A stretch of 64,000 nt of DNA. It comes from Oopsacas minuta (lineage: Eukaryota; Animalia; Porifera). The notes under the pieces were generated by a model. The model did not search any database. It was not told the origin of the DNA and was given only the letters and a program-made list of their open reading frames with translations. The translations under genes were made by a program, and so were the position numbers. Location: assembly GCA_024704765.1 (NCBI GenBank), contig JAKMXF010000111.1, positions 884,619-948,618 on the forward strand, given 5' to 3'. Shown in pieces: positions 47,321-57,714 of this stretch (position 1 is its first letter; each line of letters starts with the position of its first letter).

Positions 47321-48952
47321 TCAATCTTCAGGTAACAGCTGATACAAACCGTATTTCTCTCGTATCACTGGACGCACATCTGAGTCTAGAATAGCTAAAT
47401 CATTTAAGAAAGGTATCAATTTTAGGAGTTCTGTATCCTCTCTATCGAAGAACCAGCTCTCAATAGGTATTCCATTATCCAGTTGATAACCAAATGCATG
47501 AAATGAATTGTCAATGATAATAGTCTTGGACAGATCTCTACCTAGAATATGTAGATCTTTGATGTAGTTACCATCAATAAACAAACAATGGTCTCTGAAA
47601 AGACGATGTTTGATGAGACTACGTTGTCCGTCTATCAGATTCATCAGTGTATCTGCATACTCCTTCTTCGAAGCTGTGAAGAGGATTACTTCAAACTGCT
47701 TAGATACAGCTTCAAGGAATTCCCTGTAATACGGCCTCAATCTGACGAATATTTCGTATAATCCTCCTTGGAACTCCACCACGAATGAGAAGTCTGCATT
47801 CTCCAGCTGTGAGAAACTACAGTGGACAAGCGTCTCGTCTAGATCTAGCACGAGGGATTTCTTAGGAGTTCTCCTTGTTTGTACAGGCAGAGCAGGAGAC
47901 CTATTCTTTGCTTCTTTACTGAGAGGTGGAAGATGTTTGATGAACAAGAAAGGATCAAATATTGGTACTTCTGTAGCAGAACATTCGTTTGTATTAGCAT
48001 TAGTAGTGTTAGTAGTAGAAGCATTATTAGGAGTATACTGAGCACTAGTGATGTAAGACTCACTTAAATTACACACACCATTCTCTTGAATCTCTGTTTG
48101 AGCAGCAGGTAACTGACTGAGGTCAATTATCTCATAACTATCCGTATCATTCCTATCAACTGTAGGAGGATAGTTCTCATCATAGGAATAGGGAGTGATA
48201 TGAGGATTTACTAGAGTGAATTGCAGCTGTTTAGCTAAGCTATCGTTCTCATCTTCAGGCACATAACGGGTATCATTATCAGTGGTTTGTGTAGCAGAAG
48301 AGAATAGAGTAAACACTGGAGAGAATATTGTGCCGAAAAGTGATCGGGTAGTAGTAGTAGTAGTAGTAGTTTCGGGAGCTACTTCAGCTTGTACTTGCTC
48401 TATTGTATTAGCTCTTTTCTCTTTCTGAACAGTTGAGAGTCTAAGTGGGGATGATGGTATCATCACTTGTGTTTCACTCTCTGGAGTTTCAGCACAGGAG
48501 GAGGGGCGTCTCTTCTTCAACTGTTCCCCATTATTACTGACTCCATCTGTTTCCCTAATCCTGGTTCCTCCTCTACCACAATTCCTCGTAACTCTACTGC
48601 TCTTCCTTTTCATAGCTTCTGCCTGTCTACGCTTTGAAATACACTGTGATACAGGTTGAGTAGATTTATCAACTTGCTGCTGAACTTGTCTATGAGGAGT
48701 TTCCTCAGATGTTCCTCTCTGTTTAGCTACACTCTCTTCTCTTGTATTATCTGTCTCCCTGGCTCCATCTATTCCATTATTAGCTATCTCTATAGGATTA
48801 TGATTTGTGTGTGGGAAGAATGCGTTTCTATTCGCCGATACTGGCGAGGAGGGAGGATCTGAACTGTTGATATCCAGATGTTCTAGACTCTCTACACCAG
48901 AGGGGGGAATTATATCATGTAATTCATTCTTTGTCTTGTCTTTGGTATTCAT
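47321..48952 (-). CDS. CTDSPL2: CTD small phosphatase-like 2 (SCP4), intronless
   Basis: Long disordered N-terminus, then [27 protein letters not shown] (DxDxT), [21 protein letters not shown]. Confidence 0.92.
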   Translation of the reverse strand: MNTKDKTKNELHDIIPPSGVESLEHLDINSSDPPSSPVSANRNAFFPHTNHNPIEIANNGIDGARETDNTREESVAKQRGTSEETPHRQVQQQVDKSTQPVSQCISKRRQAEAMKRKSSRVTRNCGRGGTRIRETDGVSNNGEQLKKRRPSSCAETPESETQVMIPSSPLRLSTVQKEKRANTIEQVQAEVAPETTTTTTTTRSLFGTIFSPVFTLFSSATQTTDNDTRYVPEDENDSLAKQLQFTLVNPHITPYSYDENYPPTVDRNDTDSYEIIDLSQLPAAQTEIQENGVCNLSESYITSAQYTPNNASTTNTTNANTNECSATEVPIFDPFLFIKHLPPLSKEAKNRSPALPVQTRRTPKKSLVLDLDETLVHCSFSQLENADFSFVVEFQGGLYEIFVRLRPYYREFLEAVSKQFEVILFTASKKEYADTLMNLIDGQRSLIKHRLFRDHCLFIDGNYIKDLHILGRDLSKTIIIDNSFHAFGYQLDNGIPIESWFFDREDTELLKLIPFLNDLAILDSDVRPVIREKYGLYQLLPED

Positions 48953-49130
48953 TATGCGATAGTAATGTCTATAAGAAAATAAACGAAGATATTTCCCAGT
49001 AAAATACAATATAATTCTACTTACATATAACAATACAATTGTGTATGTATAATGGATTTATGAATAGGAGAGGGAATAAATAAAATAAAGAAATAAAATA
49101 ACCAGGTAATCTCTAAGGTTGAAAATGTAA

Positions 49131-52100
49131 TTAGTTTTCCTTTAAAATGTTCACAACTGGTTTATCAATTGCTCTAATCTTCTCAACTAGATAAGGTATC
49201 TGTACAACTACTCTCTCCAGTAACTGACTGATGTATTGCTGTAATGATAGGTTATCATTCTCATAAGTCCCCAGCTGATTCAACAGCTGATCTTTAGAGA
49301 GGTCATCCCACTGATCGTGGATGCCTGGACCAGAGGAATCAAGGTTGTAAGGGGTCACTTGTATACGAGGCATCCCTTCAAGGAGAGACGGTTTATACTC
49401 CAGAACTAGAGCTAGGACTTGGTCAAGGTACAATCGTAGTTGTTGTATACCAGTGAAAACCTGAGTACAATATATAATATATAGGATCGAATTCTCAATC
49501 TCTAATACAGTGGTTCCTAACCTTTTCACCCATCGACCCCTATACCAATTTTAACACATTCTGTAGACCACTTCCCATAGATTGCAACACAAATTTTGAG
49601 ATCCTGCGGACACCCTGCAGTCGTCCGTGGACGACCAAAGGCTCCATGGACGGGATGGACCTCGGTTTGGGAACTGCTACTCTAATAGATAGATATTATT
49701 ACTACTCGTTATATATTAACAATTTGACCAATATTCACCTTTATAAGAGACTGCTTCACTTCCCCAATAGAAGCATTATCTAGTTGTAGTACTAGAGAGT
49801 GATGTTCGTTAGAACTAACCATCCTCCTCTCTACATATCCTGCTTCGTTAGCTAGAGGATCTAGAAGAGAAGCAAGAGTAGCATTCTCTCTTTTCAACTG
49901 TTCTAACAACATTCTACGCTCCTTCTGTAGAGATGTTCTCTGTAGCATCAGATCTACTTCATTTCTACCAGGTAGTTTCTGTTCAATCAGTGCAATTAGA
50001 GCATCTTTCTCAGAGATAGTGTGTTGTAACAACTCCTGCCTAAGTAAAATCAGCTCTCTGCGATGATCTCTGCGTTCTGTTAGACATTCCTAAATTACAG
50101 TATAATGTTAGTATAATTTTACAGTCAAGCTTGTCATATCGAAGCTCAAGAGACCACGATAAGTACCGCGATATAATCGGTGAGATTTATGTTTATTTTG
50201 AAGTTTTGGGGTCATATGTGTACAATTTTGATTTTGATATTTAGATGAGATGATAGATAGATATCTCTTTAGATATACGTGTTCGATATAACGGGGAGTT
50301 GATGGTTGAAACCCAACAATTCGAGAATGAGTATCAATTTATTCTCACCTTGATTAGCTGTAATATAAACTATAATTATATAATGGCGACTGCTGATGCT
50401 CCAGAAGTCAATACAGCACCTGTTGTAGAGAAAATATACCGTGAAGATAAGAGAGCTCAATACTTCAAAGAGGAACTGACTCAACTCAAACAGGAGATAG
50501 CAGATGAATTTGAAAAGATACACACAGTATTAAGAGAGGAAGAGAGTAAATTACAAAATGAGATAGACATGAATCTACATAAAATTGAAGAGCTAGTGAA
50601 TAAGCGAGCAGATAGAGTCAATCAGCTAAAAAAGGGACTAGAAGAACTAGAACAAGGACTTGCACATAATAACCTTACCCATTTGCTAGCAGATGCTAGA
50701 ATTAAGATAGATAAAGAAATAGATAAACTGCTCCATCAAGAAAGGTTAGAATTGCCGCAAATACAATTGCAATGTAAACCTACAAACCTAAATAGATACA
50801 ACCTATGTAAGCTAGAGGATAAGACACATCCATACACATACAGACATGACCCAGCAATGAGTTGTGTAAGTACCGGAGAGAAAGGTGGACTAACTAAGCC
50901 TAGAGGACTAGCTATTGATAATAATGGGATAGTATATATAGCTGATTATACGAAGAGTCAGATAGAAGTATACTCTCAAGATGGTGAGCATATCAACACG
51001 CTTGTAGATAGGAAAATGAGGGAACCACTATACCTGTGTGTATCAGCTGATAATCTATACGTATCCTGTGAGAACAGATGTTTATTGAGACTGAGTATAG
51101 GGAGTGGGAAGAGAACTGCTATCATAGAAACACAGTTACATATATCAGGCATGTGTATAGATGCAGAATATGGATTGATAGGGTGTATATGGCAGAAGAA
51201 TCGTATATGCTTATTTGATAATCAGCTGGATAAGAAGGGAGAGATACAGCTCAACACTAAGCATCATAAACCAGGTGTTACATTCACAGCTGATATAAAA
51301 GTCACATATAAACAAGAGCTAGCTGTCTTGTTCTACAAGAGTTCGTATCCATTACAAGTATTTAACAGAGAAGGAGAGTTAATCAGCTGTCTACTGTCAC
51401 AAGATCAAGTAGGAGGTGCTCTATACTTCTGTCTAGACAGTTATGACAATATACTGATAACTGATATAAGTGCTCATCAACTGAAAATATTCACACCTCA
51501 AGGCGACCTCTTAACCAGGATAGGAAAGAAGGGACAACAACAGGGAGACTTCCAAACCCCAGTGGGTGTGTCGGTTAACCAATCTGGTGATGTATATGTG
51601 TGTGACTGCAAACAGAATTACATGCTACAGATGTTTTAAAAACTATTAGTGCGAAGGGGGACAATGCTATGCATGGAATAATTGAATGCTATATCGTTTA
51701 TTTTGATATTTTTTGTTATCATATATATAACTAGAGTTTGAATGAAGTAACTACATGTGAATTGATTTTACTCCGCTTATGACGGAATGAAAGCAGGATC
51801 TCAAGCACTTCGTTATAACGAGAGTTTACTGACCTGTATAATTCGTTTCCTTTCCTGTTTGAATATAGTATCTTCCATCTGAGGGGAATTCGAGAGAAGT
51901 TTTAAATCAGACAACATATCTATTACAAATCTCTTCTCTTCTCCTAGCTCTTTCTCTCTATCCAATACAACTGTAACTCCGTCCTAAACGTTAATTAACG
52001 TTAACTAACGTTAGCGCGAGCAAGCGAAGCGTCTCGTAATATAATAAAAATAAAATATTATGAATCTCACTTCTAAAGCTCCAGATAACTCTACATTCCT

Positions 52101-54263
52101 CCGTGTCTCACTTGCCAGCTGTTCTCTCAACTTGTCCAGCTGTTCTTCATAATTTCCTCTCATCTCCTTCTGAGCCTCAGCTGTCTGTTGAAGCTGTACT
52201 CTCTCAGCTTGATGAGTACGTTTATACATATTTAATTTCTTTCCGCGAGTTTCAACGATTTTCTCCAACTCACTGACTCTAGTAGAGCTCTCTTCTAACT
52301 CTTTTACTAACTCCTGGGATTTGTCTCTGGAAGAAATAACTTCTCTCTTCTCAACCTCTATATCTGTCAGTAGTCCTGTTATGTGTAATCTCTGAGTATT
52401 AAGCTCTACATCTTGTCGTACCAGCTGCTCTGTCATCTGTTGTTTGTCTGCATTCAATTCTTGTATAATGACTTGTAGATTCTACACCATTTCATAATTA
52501 CAAATTCTATAGGAATAATAAATACAATAAATACCTCTCTTTCCTTAGAATCTAACCAAGAAGCTATTTGTGGAGAAGGTGTTGTGTTGAGTTCAGTTAG
52601 TCTATTCAGTTGTTCTCTCTGTCTAGCCAGAATCTTATTCTTCTCCTTTAGTTCTGCTCTTATAAGAGCTATCTGAGCAGCAGCTAGAGAGGAGGAGCCC
52701 TGACCTCCTGTACACATTTTTTCTGCTGAAGTGACAATGTTAGATAGCTTGCTTATGATAGGATCAGGATCAGGATCAGGAGGGGTCCTATCTGGGGTAG
52801 TAGGTTCGTTAGAAACATGAGCCTCAGCTACTAGCTGGGATAGCTCTGCTACTGATCCCTCTAAATGTGCTATATGCTGACTCCTAGTTTGTAATAATCC
52901 TCCTAATTCTTTGTTCTTAGTCTCCAATCCGTTAACTATCTTTTCTAACTCTACTACTCTCTTCTTGTCTGTCTGACTAGATAATAACTCTCTTTGTAGC
53001 TCAGATACCTTCACTTGAATGTCCTCGATCTCGCTCTCTAGCTCCAGAACACGTTTCTCTTTCTCTCTCAAACGGAGATGTATTTCACTCTGATCCATCT
53101 CCAATTGGGAGTGGTGAGGAGACATGGGACTTGCTCCTGACACAAAATCTTGCAACTGTTTCAATTCAACTGTTTTACTCTGCATCTGATTCAGTATAGA
53201 CTTTATAGTATCGTCTCGTTTAGCTACTAATTTCCTCTTAGATTGTGCTGAAAACTCTAATTCTGAAATCTTCTTCTCCAGCTGTTGGACGCGAATTTCT
53301 TGCTTCCCACAATGTATAATAAGTTCTTCTCTACTGCTTGTCCTCAGGCTATCACTGCCACAATATAGAAACCTATAATTAGCGGTTATAGTTGATAAAT
53401 AATTATTTTACTCATTTACTTCCAAACTACTATATGTACTGCTTCTCCTAGCGATTGAAGTCAGAGATATCTGTACAAGTGTTAATTCGGTAAATAATTA
53501 TGCAAAAAGGTTTCTTACATCATCATATTTTTAATGATTTTTGATTCCGTCATATCTAATGAGCTGTGTTAAGTAAGTAATATAGAGGAGTATCCAATTT
53601 AGTATTAGGTCAGGTTATTATGATGTGCAATAACCCAGTAGCAATAAATCCACAAATAACCTGATTATACAATAATCTATTAGTGCTTATTCATACAAAA
53701 TACAAAATTCTACGGTTCCCAACCTTTTCTCCCTTGGACCCCCTCTACCGGACCACCTAGGAGTCCATTGACCCAAGGTTGGGAACCGATTATACCATTA
53801 ATAAGATAACTCACGTCTCAATTCTAGCCTCACTCTCTCTACTTCTCTCTAACTCTTCTTGCAGCTGTTTCACACTAACCTCTCTCAATTCTAACTCTAA
53901 TGTGAGTTTCTTGAATCTATCCAGTAGTCTTGAGTATCCTCCTGAAGCTTCATCTCTGTCTCTGCAGCCAGGGGAGTGTCCTGATGTCTCAGAGAGAGAA
54001 GAAAAAGCACAAGTGTTAGGAGAGAGGAGATTGGGAGTTACTGGACCAGATAGGGGAGTAGGACCAGTGAGTTGTCCTGGAGCAGGTGGTGAAGAAGGCC
54101 AAGGGGGGTGCGAGTATGAATCAAAGCTACTGTTAGAGCTTGCACTCTGAGCGCTGTGTGCACTATGCGGGCGACTATTTTGTCCCCCCAGGAGGCCCCC
54201 CGATGTGGAAACACTCATAGAGCGAACCTTACGTTGTACCAGCGGAGGTTCTGGGAATGACAT
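49131..54263 (-). CDS. ERC1: ERC1/ELKS/CAST coiled-coil scaffold with C-terminal FIP-RBD, multi-exon
   Basis: ISEKDALIALIE matches ERC ISEKDANIALLE from memory. C-terminal LRLYLDQVLALV...YNLD...LSKDQLLNQL...LQQYISQLLERV resembles the ERC1 tandem FIP-like end; long coiled coils upstream. Confidence 0.8.
49508..49679. mobile_element. hAT (Charlie-like) MITE with 8-bp TSD in the last ERC1 intron
   Basis: cagtggttcctaacc ... ggtttgggaactgcta; direct repeat CTCTAATA at 49500-49507 and 49680-49687. Confidence 0.88.
50122..50304. mobile_element. Inverted copy of the 38474 MITE, just upstream of the nested NHL gene
   Basis: ta-cagtcaagcttgtcatatcgaagctcaagagacc ... gttcgatataacggggagttgatg. Confidence 0.65.
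50383..51639 (+). CDS. Coiled coil plus NHL-repeat protein (TRIM-NHL-like, no RING/B-box), nested in an ERC1 intron
   Basis: N-terminal coiled coil; NHL repeats LTKPRGLAIDNNGIVYIAD and FQTPVGVSVNQSGDVYVCD...LQMF. Confidence 0.88.
   Translation: MATADAPEVNTAPVVEKIYREDKRAQYFKEELTQLKQEIADEFEKIHTVLREEESKLQNEIDMNLHKIEELVNKRADRVNQLKKGLEELEQGLAHNNLTHLLADARIKIDKEIDKLLHQERLELPQIQLQCKPTNLNRYNLCKLEDKTHPYTYRHDPAMSCVSTGEKGGLTKPRGLAIDNNGIVYIADYTKSQIEVYSQDGEHINTLVDRKMREPLYLCVSADNLYVSCENRCLLRLSIGSGKRTAIIETQLHISGMCIDAEYGLIGCIWQKNRICLFDNQLDKKGEIQLNTKHHKPGVTFTADIKVTYKQELAVLFYKSSYPLQVFNREGELISCLLSQDQVGGALYFCLDSYDNILITDISAHQLKIFTPQGDLLTRIGKKGQQQGDFQTPVGVSVNQSGDVYVCDCKQNYMLQMF
53713..53788. mobile_element. Internally deleted hAT-type mini-element in an ERC1 intron
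   Basis: Perfect 14-bp TIR cggttcccaacctt / aaggttgggaaccg. Confidence 0.7.
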
Positions 54264-54464
54264 CACGTCTAGTGACCTGGTTGCTAATTACTTATTTAAT
54301 AATTATACTATTTATCCTATAAAACAGTTAATAGACTAGCAGCAAATAATTAACTGCAGGTATAATACAATGTTCAATAATATTCTTATAATACAATACA
54401 ATATGTGAGATTAGCAGTGTTGTAAGAGACGCATGTTTAAGTTATTAAGCAAAATGCAAAAAGG

Positions 54465-56525
54465 TTACTTATTCCTATGGAAATCTCTAGCCAGGTCCAT
54501 TAACTCAACATGACTAGTAGACGGATCAGCCCTCTTCTTCCTGGTTACCTCAGTAGTACTAAGCATTGGATAAGGCTCTGTTGGAGAGGAGATATAAGTT
54601 TTGGGGTTGTATGAAGTGTCTGGTTTAGATGTGTAGTTATAAAAGCTAGTATATCCTTGAGATGAAGAAGGTTTACTTAGACTGTCAAGATAGTTAGATC
54701 TAGGAAATGTCTTTGGATTTTCAGTATTTGTAGCTTGTTCTCGTGTCCTGGAGGAGGGAAGATAAGATCTGTCCAGAGAGCTAGTATCTCTATAGTAAGA
54801 AGAGGGTTGTGGTGGAGAGAGGTATGATCGTGTGGGAGATTGATAAGCCTCTCTACATGGAGATATTGTAGTCTGTATTTCTGTAAATTTCAAGTCAGAA
54901 TAAGGATTCAACGCAGTTTTATGAGGATACAGCTGGTTTGTCTTATTGGAAGATAGAATATCTCCTCGTGTATGTTGAGGTGATAACTTGCTAGTTAAAG
55001 GGGCAGGAAGAAATGAGGAGGGTAGTGTATAGGAGGGACGGGAGTATGTAAACTGGGGTGAAACAGGAGGATAAGAGGATTGGAAGATTCGATCTTTTTC
55101 TCTCTTCTCCCTCTCTTCCTTCTGTCTCAATTCCTTAGCTTTCTTGACCTTATACTCTTCAAACTTTACCTCAGTATGAGAAATCAAGTTGTTAATAATA
55201 TCAGTATAGAACTCATGTGTACTGGGCCATATCTTGGCAGCAAGTACAGTCTTTCCATCAGAAATGGTAATCTCTTCTATATCCAAATACTCACTAAGTT
55301 TAGCTACATCTTGTGCTATAGGGCTAGGATATCTGTCAAGCAGATTGTTAAAGGATGATAAAATAGGTTTATCGTATTCATCTTGGAATTGTATACTTAA
55401 TCTGTCTCCTTCAGGACCAACCAATGGTATCACGACTTCTTGGAACCTAATGGTTGATACCCCTGGAGCTATTAGGTCGTTATAACAAGCTACTAGAGGA
55501 GCGAAGTGTGAGCAGCAGTATGTCAGCACTATAGGTATCTGGTAGCACTTCTTAGGGTCTCTGTCTAGAGGGAGATATACACCCCCGAAGTATACAGGAG
55601 ATATAGGTCTGCCATCTACATCCTGTAGTACAGAATCTGATATTACAATTATAGGTCTATTTATGACGTGTGCTAGCGCGAATATGTGTACCTCTTCCAG
55701 ACTCTTGTAAGGCAGAGATGGTACAGAAGAATCAGGTTCATCAGTTTGGAGGTTAGAATCAGAGATGGAAATATCCAGAGAAGCAAGAGACACAATGGTA
55801 TGCCATTCATTCTCCCATTCACCCTCATCAAACTCAAATCCAGCTCTACCATTCAATTCAGCCTGTTGTCTCTTCCATCTACATTTTAGTTTACGGGATT
55901 CTACAGGGTCTCCCAGGTAATCATGCAGGAGTCCCCTCAGCACTAGTTCTTCATCTTCCACACCGAATATAGCTCTACTCACCGCGTGTAATAAACAATT
56001 CCCATCACCCTGTGTCCTGAGAGGAGCAAGAGGGGTGTAATTCCCGTACTTTACCCACCAGTTAAGCCGCTCATATAAATACTTGAAATGAGATGATTCA
56101 AAGAATATCTTAGGAGCAAATTCACGTAGTTCTTCAGATTGAAACTCAACTTCTCCTAAATAGAATGTTATTCTAAAATGTTTGCATCTCTCTATTAGTT
56201 GTTGGTATTTCTTTCCTTCAAGTAGTTTAGGCTGAGACTTGACTTTCTTCAGGAGTATAGAACTTGTAGAGAAGTCTTGATTGTGTCCTAATCCAACGGA
56301 TAGCGAGCCTGTCTTTTGTCCTGTAGCTTTATCCTTTCTTCCTGGAGAAGATGACATAGTTTCATTTCCTTTCTTCATTTCTTCTAACACTCTATTAGTT
56401 TGTGTTTTGCTCCAGTTGCATTGAATCAAAAGATCTCGTAGAAATTCTCCATCATGTCCCTGTGCTAGAAAGTAGTTGTAGAGGCGTAGCTTGTCGCTGT
56501 AAGCTTTAGTTGAATATGAGCTCAT
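54465..56525 (-). CDS. A20-like OTU deubiquitinase (OTUD7/Cezanne-like), intronless
   Basis: UBA-like N-terminus (FLRDLLIQCNWS), catalytic TQGDGNCLLHA, SLEEVHIFALAHVINRPIIV, FGGVYLPL, SHFAPLV. Confidence 0.9.
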   Translation of the reverse strand: MSSYSTKAYSDKLRLYNYFLAQGHDGEFLRDLLIQCNWSKTQTNRVLEEMKKGNETMSSSPGRKDKATGQKTGSLSVGLGHNQDFSTSSILLKKVKSQPKLLEGKKYQQLIERCKHFRITFYLGEVEFQSEELREFAPKIFFESSHFKYLYERLNWWVKYGNYTPLAPLRTQGDGNCLLHAVSRAIFGVEDEELVLRGLLHDYLGDPVESRKLKCRWKRQQAELNGRAGFEFDEGEWENEWHTIVSLASLDISISDSNLQTDEPDSSVPSLPYKSLEEVHIFALAHVINRPIIVISDSVLQDVDGRPISPVYFGGVYLPLDRDPKKCYQIPIVLTYCCSHFAPLVACYNDLIAPGVSTIRFQEVVIPLVGPEGDRLSIQFQDEYDKPILSSFNNLLDRYPSPIAQDVAKLSEYLDIEEITISDGKTVLAAKIWPSTHEFYTDIINNLISHTEVKFEEYKVKKAKELRQKEEREKREKDRIFQSSYPPVSPQFTYSRPSYTLPSSFLPAPLTSKLSPQHTRGDILSSNKTNQLYPHKTALNPYSDLKFTEIQTTISPCREAYQSPTRSYLSPPQPSSYYRDTSSLDRSYLPSSRTREQATNTENPKTFPRSNYLDSLSKPSSSQGYTSFYNYTSKPDTSYNPKTYISSPTEPYPMLSTTEVTRKKRADPSTSHVELMDLARDFHRNK

Positions 56526-56893
56526 ATGGAGACAGATGTTAGCTAGAATATACTGCAATATATACAGCAGATATCAAGATACTTCAGACGTGTAATTTAT
56601 AGGGGTTCTGATTAGTTTGGTGAAAGACGAATGATATTTTATGTCACTTGAATAATTAGATACATTGTATAAATCAAACAAATTTATAAAAGAATTTAGG
56701 AACGTGTAACGACATCTAAACCAGTCGTAATGGCAAAGTTCTTAGCTATATCGGCGCCAGCTTCTATCTTAATTACATTCTAAAGGTAAGTGACTAGAAT
56801 GAATTCCAGAAGAGAAGCTAAATGCACTGATAAAGTCTCGAATTGAAATTTTGAATAAGTACACTTGTATAGTATCTGTAACAAAATCACTAT

Positions 56894-57181
56894 ATGGAAA
56901 AGGCAAATTCAAGGAATTTAGAGAAAGATGCTTACACTAAACTGAGAACAACATTAGAAGAGGGTCTACTGGTGAATCTGCTGACCTGTAGTGGAGTTGT
57001 CACCAAGGAACTAGAAACTAAACACCTCTCAAAAGAGGTTACATTACATTTAGCAATGAGCTATATAGAGTTGTTATTAGAAATATCAGCGTATGCAAGA
57101 ACAAATGAAGTTGGAAAATGTGGAGATATCTCTGAGTTCAATCAGGGCTCGAAAGGTTTGAAGTATGACAGAGAAGCATAG
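56894..57181 (+). CDS. Small helix-loop-helix protein with shortened basic region
   Basis: Helix 1 DAYTKLRTTL and helix 2 LSKEVTLHLAMSYIELL match the bHLH consensus; upstream aag|gtaagt (56786) and ttgtatag (56872) suggest a 5'UTR intron. Confidence 0.65.
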   Translation: MEKANSRNLEKDAYTKLRTTLEEGLLVNLLTCSGVVTKELETKHLSKEVTLHLAMSYIELLLEISAYARTNEVGKCGDISEFNQGSKGLKYDREA

Positions 57182-57346
57182 ATCGAATTACATAGAATAA
57201 GTAAACACGGACAGGAAATTTGAGATCGTCGTAAATTTAGCGATGTGTAATATATTGTAATATATTTGGAAATTCATACAATGAACAATATTGTATTCAT
57301 TCATTGGGCGGACAGAGGGAAAGATCGAATACGCAAGGCTCTAGAT

Positions 57347-57400
57347 CAGCGGTTCCCAACCTGGAGTCCACATAATGTGGTTAAATTGTTATAGGGGGCT
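57347..57400. mobile_element. hAT MITE left end
   Basis: cagcggttcccaacctgg preceded by ctctagat, a Charlie-type target site. Confidence 0.55.
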
Positions 57401-57714
57401 CACTATCCATTTCTCCTTTCTTAAGCTTACTCTCTTCCTGCTGTTGTATTCTAGTGAAACTAGACTGCTTTACTGTATCGAATAGAATATAGTACACGGT
57501 AGAACATGGTGGAACATGGTGGAATATTTGTGTATCATAAAACTGAATGTAAAGTTCAACAAATGTCCTGAAAGTTATTTACAAATAGGAAAATTATTTA
57601 TTACAAATAATACCAATACTAGCATTAGTTTCAATACAATTAATTGGTGAGATAATCAAGATGGGGATTTACACATTCTAGAAAATAGCATTTCAACTTA
57701 AATATATTTTTCAG

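Noticed and set aside
1452-48862. Numerous 60-240 aa antisense or off-frame ORFs inside long genes (e.g. 1452..1802, 8275..8991, 44948..45346, 45671..46066)
   Set aside because: Shadows of real coding sequence with no independent motifs.
49462-49529. N-terminus MKRLGTTVLE of ORF 49131..49529 as a separate gene
   Set aside because: Derives from intron and hAT MITE sequence; the true exon starts at acceptor 49461 as the last ERC1 exon.
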